This document shows, in pieces, positions 61,087 through 64,000 of a DNA stretch of 64,000 nucleotides. This DNA is from Phoronis australis. Taxonomy: Eukaryota; Animalia; Phoronida. Within the stretch, counting starts at the first letter, position 1. Each line of letters starts with the position of its first letter. Below the pieces are notes generated by a model, which saw nothing but the letters and a program-made list of their open reading frames with translations, was not told the origin of the DNA and did no database searches. A program made the position numbers and the translations under genes. The stretch is from NCBI GenBank assembly GCA_002633005.1, contig NMRA01000677.1, forward strand, positions 146,926-210,925. The letters are read 5' to 3'.

Positions 61087-63369
61087 GTAGTTTTGAGATT
61101 TGAATAAACATGAGATTGGATTATTGGTGACTAGTACGGTTACAATATTATGTAATGGTCCTGAGCGTATGCAGTGAACTAATGCCAACTCGCCTAACGT
61201 TACCTGGCAAAAATCCCAGGTCGCCAAATGAAACGTGCTACTGTCACCTGTTCCATTTCTTCCCAAATATGCACAATTTACTGGGTATTGCAGTATACTT
61301 TACCCAAATGTGACGTATTGCCGCATCAGACGACGCAAGTGTGACGTTTTTCCCCTCATTTAACTGGGATCACAATGTCAACCCTCCGATAGCTTTTGAA
61401 ATTATTTACCCGAGTTCTTAACATATTCAGATATATTTCCGAGTTGTATTTTGGTTTCCTTACCATCAAAGAAGGCAGATATCAGAAACACGTGTTTCAT
61501 GGCCTAGCCTTGCCCGATTTTTTGCTGAATAATCCTCACTATTTTGTGTATGTGCTCGAATTTTTGAGTGGCAACTTGAGATTTTACGAGGTTGCCAAAC
61601 AAAATCTGAGGTCACATTGGCAACAAATCAAGCCCTTTGTGAACTTAGCCCATTTAATTCGAATATCAATGAAAGGAGTTAAAACTTGTCACACAATTTG
61701 TTTTTTCGTGTAAAATGTTTCCATGCTTTTCTTTTCTTACTCCCAGACTTTCATGGTAAAAATGGAGAACTGACTTCATTTGAAGCTGAATTAATGATTT
61801 AATGAAAAGAGGGGCCATAGGATGTATTGTATGAATGCTCCTCTACTGAAGGCATCACGCAATATCAGATTGCATTAAGAGGCTTTAAATTGACAGTTGA
61901 GATCAGAATTCATTGTGTTGGCAACATGAAAGTCTTGACATCTTGTGCTCGATGAAAGCTTTGTGTGTCCCCAATACAACTGAAGGGATACAAAAGCATT
62001 TATAAAGACTTAGTTGTGTTTTATCAATAGCTTGTGTTAACAAATGGCTGTCTATTAGGAATTGATTCACCAGTATTGAACTTTTGGGGAATTGGTATTG
62101 TAATTGGTAGAAAAAATATTTCATAGATTTTTGTTGATTAAACAATATACTGTAATTCTCCACACATTTCGCTCAAAAACAATTGCCAACATGATCATTA
62201 TTCCATTTTAAAGGCTGACTACCTTTTTGCAAATAATGACAATTTCACCAAATGTTGTTTTATATCTTCACACTCAAACGCATGTTTGTAATAGACTAAT
62301 ATTTTCTTTGTCTTAACAAAAGGGAATTTTACTTATCAGCCATGCTGTATACTAACTAAGTGTTTGTGCCAGTGGTTACTACACTTAAATTCATGATGCT
62401 CAAAAGTGTTTTAACGAGGACGAAATGTGCCACTGAGGATTCTTTACAAAAGCAAGTATACACAGAGTGCTTGTGTGTTCTGGTGTTTCATGTCGTTAAA
62501 AATCACTCAATTATCAATACTGGTCGCACACTGTGTGTGACACGTGTCACAAAGACCCTCATTAAAATCTATGTACATGCGATTTTTATGAATGGATTCT
62601 TCGCAATGATGTACAGTAACGACAAAAAGGTAGCATGTATTTCTACTCCATGTTGCTGTACTAATTCCAGAAATATTACATCTCTATCGTGCCGTGGATA
62701 AGATGAATTGATTTCTAAAATATTCCTCACTGCTATCCGTTCTTCTGAGACCATTGTCTAATTTTTTGCTTATACAATCGTGCATCTAAGCATTGTTGAG
62801 GAGTCGTGTTTGTTTTAAGTGATTCAAGCGCTGTTGATAGTCTGTAGTGAATCTTGAAATAGTGCATGTTTTGTCTATGGTTGATTTATTGGTTTAAATT
62901 GATTTTTATGAACCCTGTTGAATTTGCCATAGCATGTTTTGATGTGTACTCTTGATACCTAGATACCCTGGTTGTGCATTTTCAAAAAATGAGATATTTG
63001 TTTTAAAAAACATGAAATTCTTTTTTCCTATTCTATGAATTAGGAAATTACATTTTACTAATTTTGAAGTGATAAATAACATTAAAACGATCTCATGATT
63101 GCCTTACTTTTCTGTGAGCTATGCCTCAGCTTTGTTTTACCAATGACTTGCTGCACACTGTCTTCATTGTTTCTTAAAAGCTGAAAAAAACAGTGCCATG
63201 TTCAGAGATAATGAAAACTACGTGAACTTGTCTGCTGCATGACAGTCATGGATTATGCCCTTAATTTTTGGTAATTAAAAACCAAAAATATGAGAACTAT
63301 GGTCATAGTTAATCTCCTGAATTGTATTTGTTTTTCTGTTTTGGTCAGCACATATGCCAAATGGTGGGA

Positions 63370-63616
63370 CCTCACGTTGTGGCAGGTAATTTTTAGCAAT
63401 TAATTTCGAATATATGAAACCTGTCTGCACTTGACTTTATTATCCTCAGGTAAATCTGACGAGTCGCCACCAGGTAGCGCTGCCGAACATGCNCCTCGCG
63501 TTGTGGCAGGTAATTTTTAGCAGTTAATTTCGAATATATGAAACCTGTCTGCACTTGACTTTATTATCCTCAGGTAAATCTGACGAGTCGCCACCAGGTA
63601 GCGCTGCAGAACATGC
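63370..63616 (+). other. 123-bp duplication around a single N: probable assembly junction of two haplotypes
   Basis: 63370-63492 and 63494-63616 differ at 3 positions and are separated by the N at 63493. Confidence 0.85.
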
Positions 63617-63778
63617 TGGTGGTGATTCTGAAAGTGAGCACAAGATGGTGGAGTACGAGCTGGAGCCGGAGGTGATCGAGCCAGCCGAAATCCACCCAGA
63701 GAAGGCTTTAAAGAAACTTAAGAAACAGCAGCAGCCCAAGCCAATACTGATGAATCGCGAAGAGAAGACCTACACAAG
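63574..63778 (+). CDS. RRBP1: RRBP1/kinectin-like protein, second coding exon (gene presumably continues beyond the window)
   Basis: tcctcag acceptor in phase 1 with exon 1; GKSDESPPGS...VEYELEPEVIEP...QPKPILMNREEKTYT; probable donor AG|GTAGAT. Confidence 0.75.
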
Positions 63779-64000
63779 GTAGATATTGACGTGCCTAGAG
63801 CATCACAGTGTAGCTAGACATCGTTAGTCACATTGCACTCTGTTTACATAGTTTGCGCTCATCACAGAAAACTGGCGGAAAAACCTATAAATTTCACAAG
63901 GAAAAAATGATTTTGCAACCCGTATTGTGAGTTAATGCAAAAGTTTCTTCACGTCTGGTATTTTTGTAGGTGAAACAATTCGTGGAAACTCACAGTGTGA

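Noticed and set aside
63970-64000. Third RRBP1 exon after tttttgtag
   Set aside because: Joining it to the phase-2 donor at 63778 gives an immediate TGA, and there is too little sequence to resolve it

Overview
AT-rich, intron-rich animal genomic DNA, most likely an invertebrate (the species cannot be determined from this window). I assembled three protein-coding genes by hand from splice signals and reading-frame phase. (1) A complete RasGRP-family Ras guanine-nucleotide exchange factor on + (16 coding exons, 14146-38894, about 743 aa; REM, CDC25, two EF-hands, C1, coiled coil, ending -DTEV). Its second intron is a minor-spliceosome (U12-type) intron. (2) A complete DNA polymerase eta (POLH) on - (10 coding exons, 56861-44698, about 811 aa), convergent with RasGRP. 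(3) The 5' part of an RRBP1/p180-kinectin-like ER membrane protein on + (from 60882), head-to-head with POLH. Non-coding DNA holds a 5'-truncated RTE LINE with an intact TSD, a decayed PIF/Harbinger-like element with a nested MITE, several MITEs, SINE-like pieces and tandem repeats. The most unusual signals are in RasGRP: U2-type sites nested inside the U12 intron, a second U12 branch-point/AG/5'-splice-site-like cassette downstream, a frame-preserving candidate exon with one in-frame UGA, a duplicated acceptor before the EF-hand exon, and a Cys/His-rich insert in the REM domain. None of these is proven without RNA data. No CRISPR or prokaryotic system is present.
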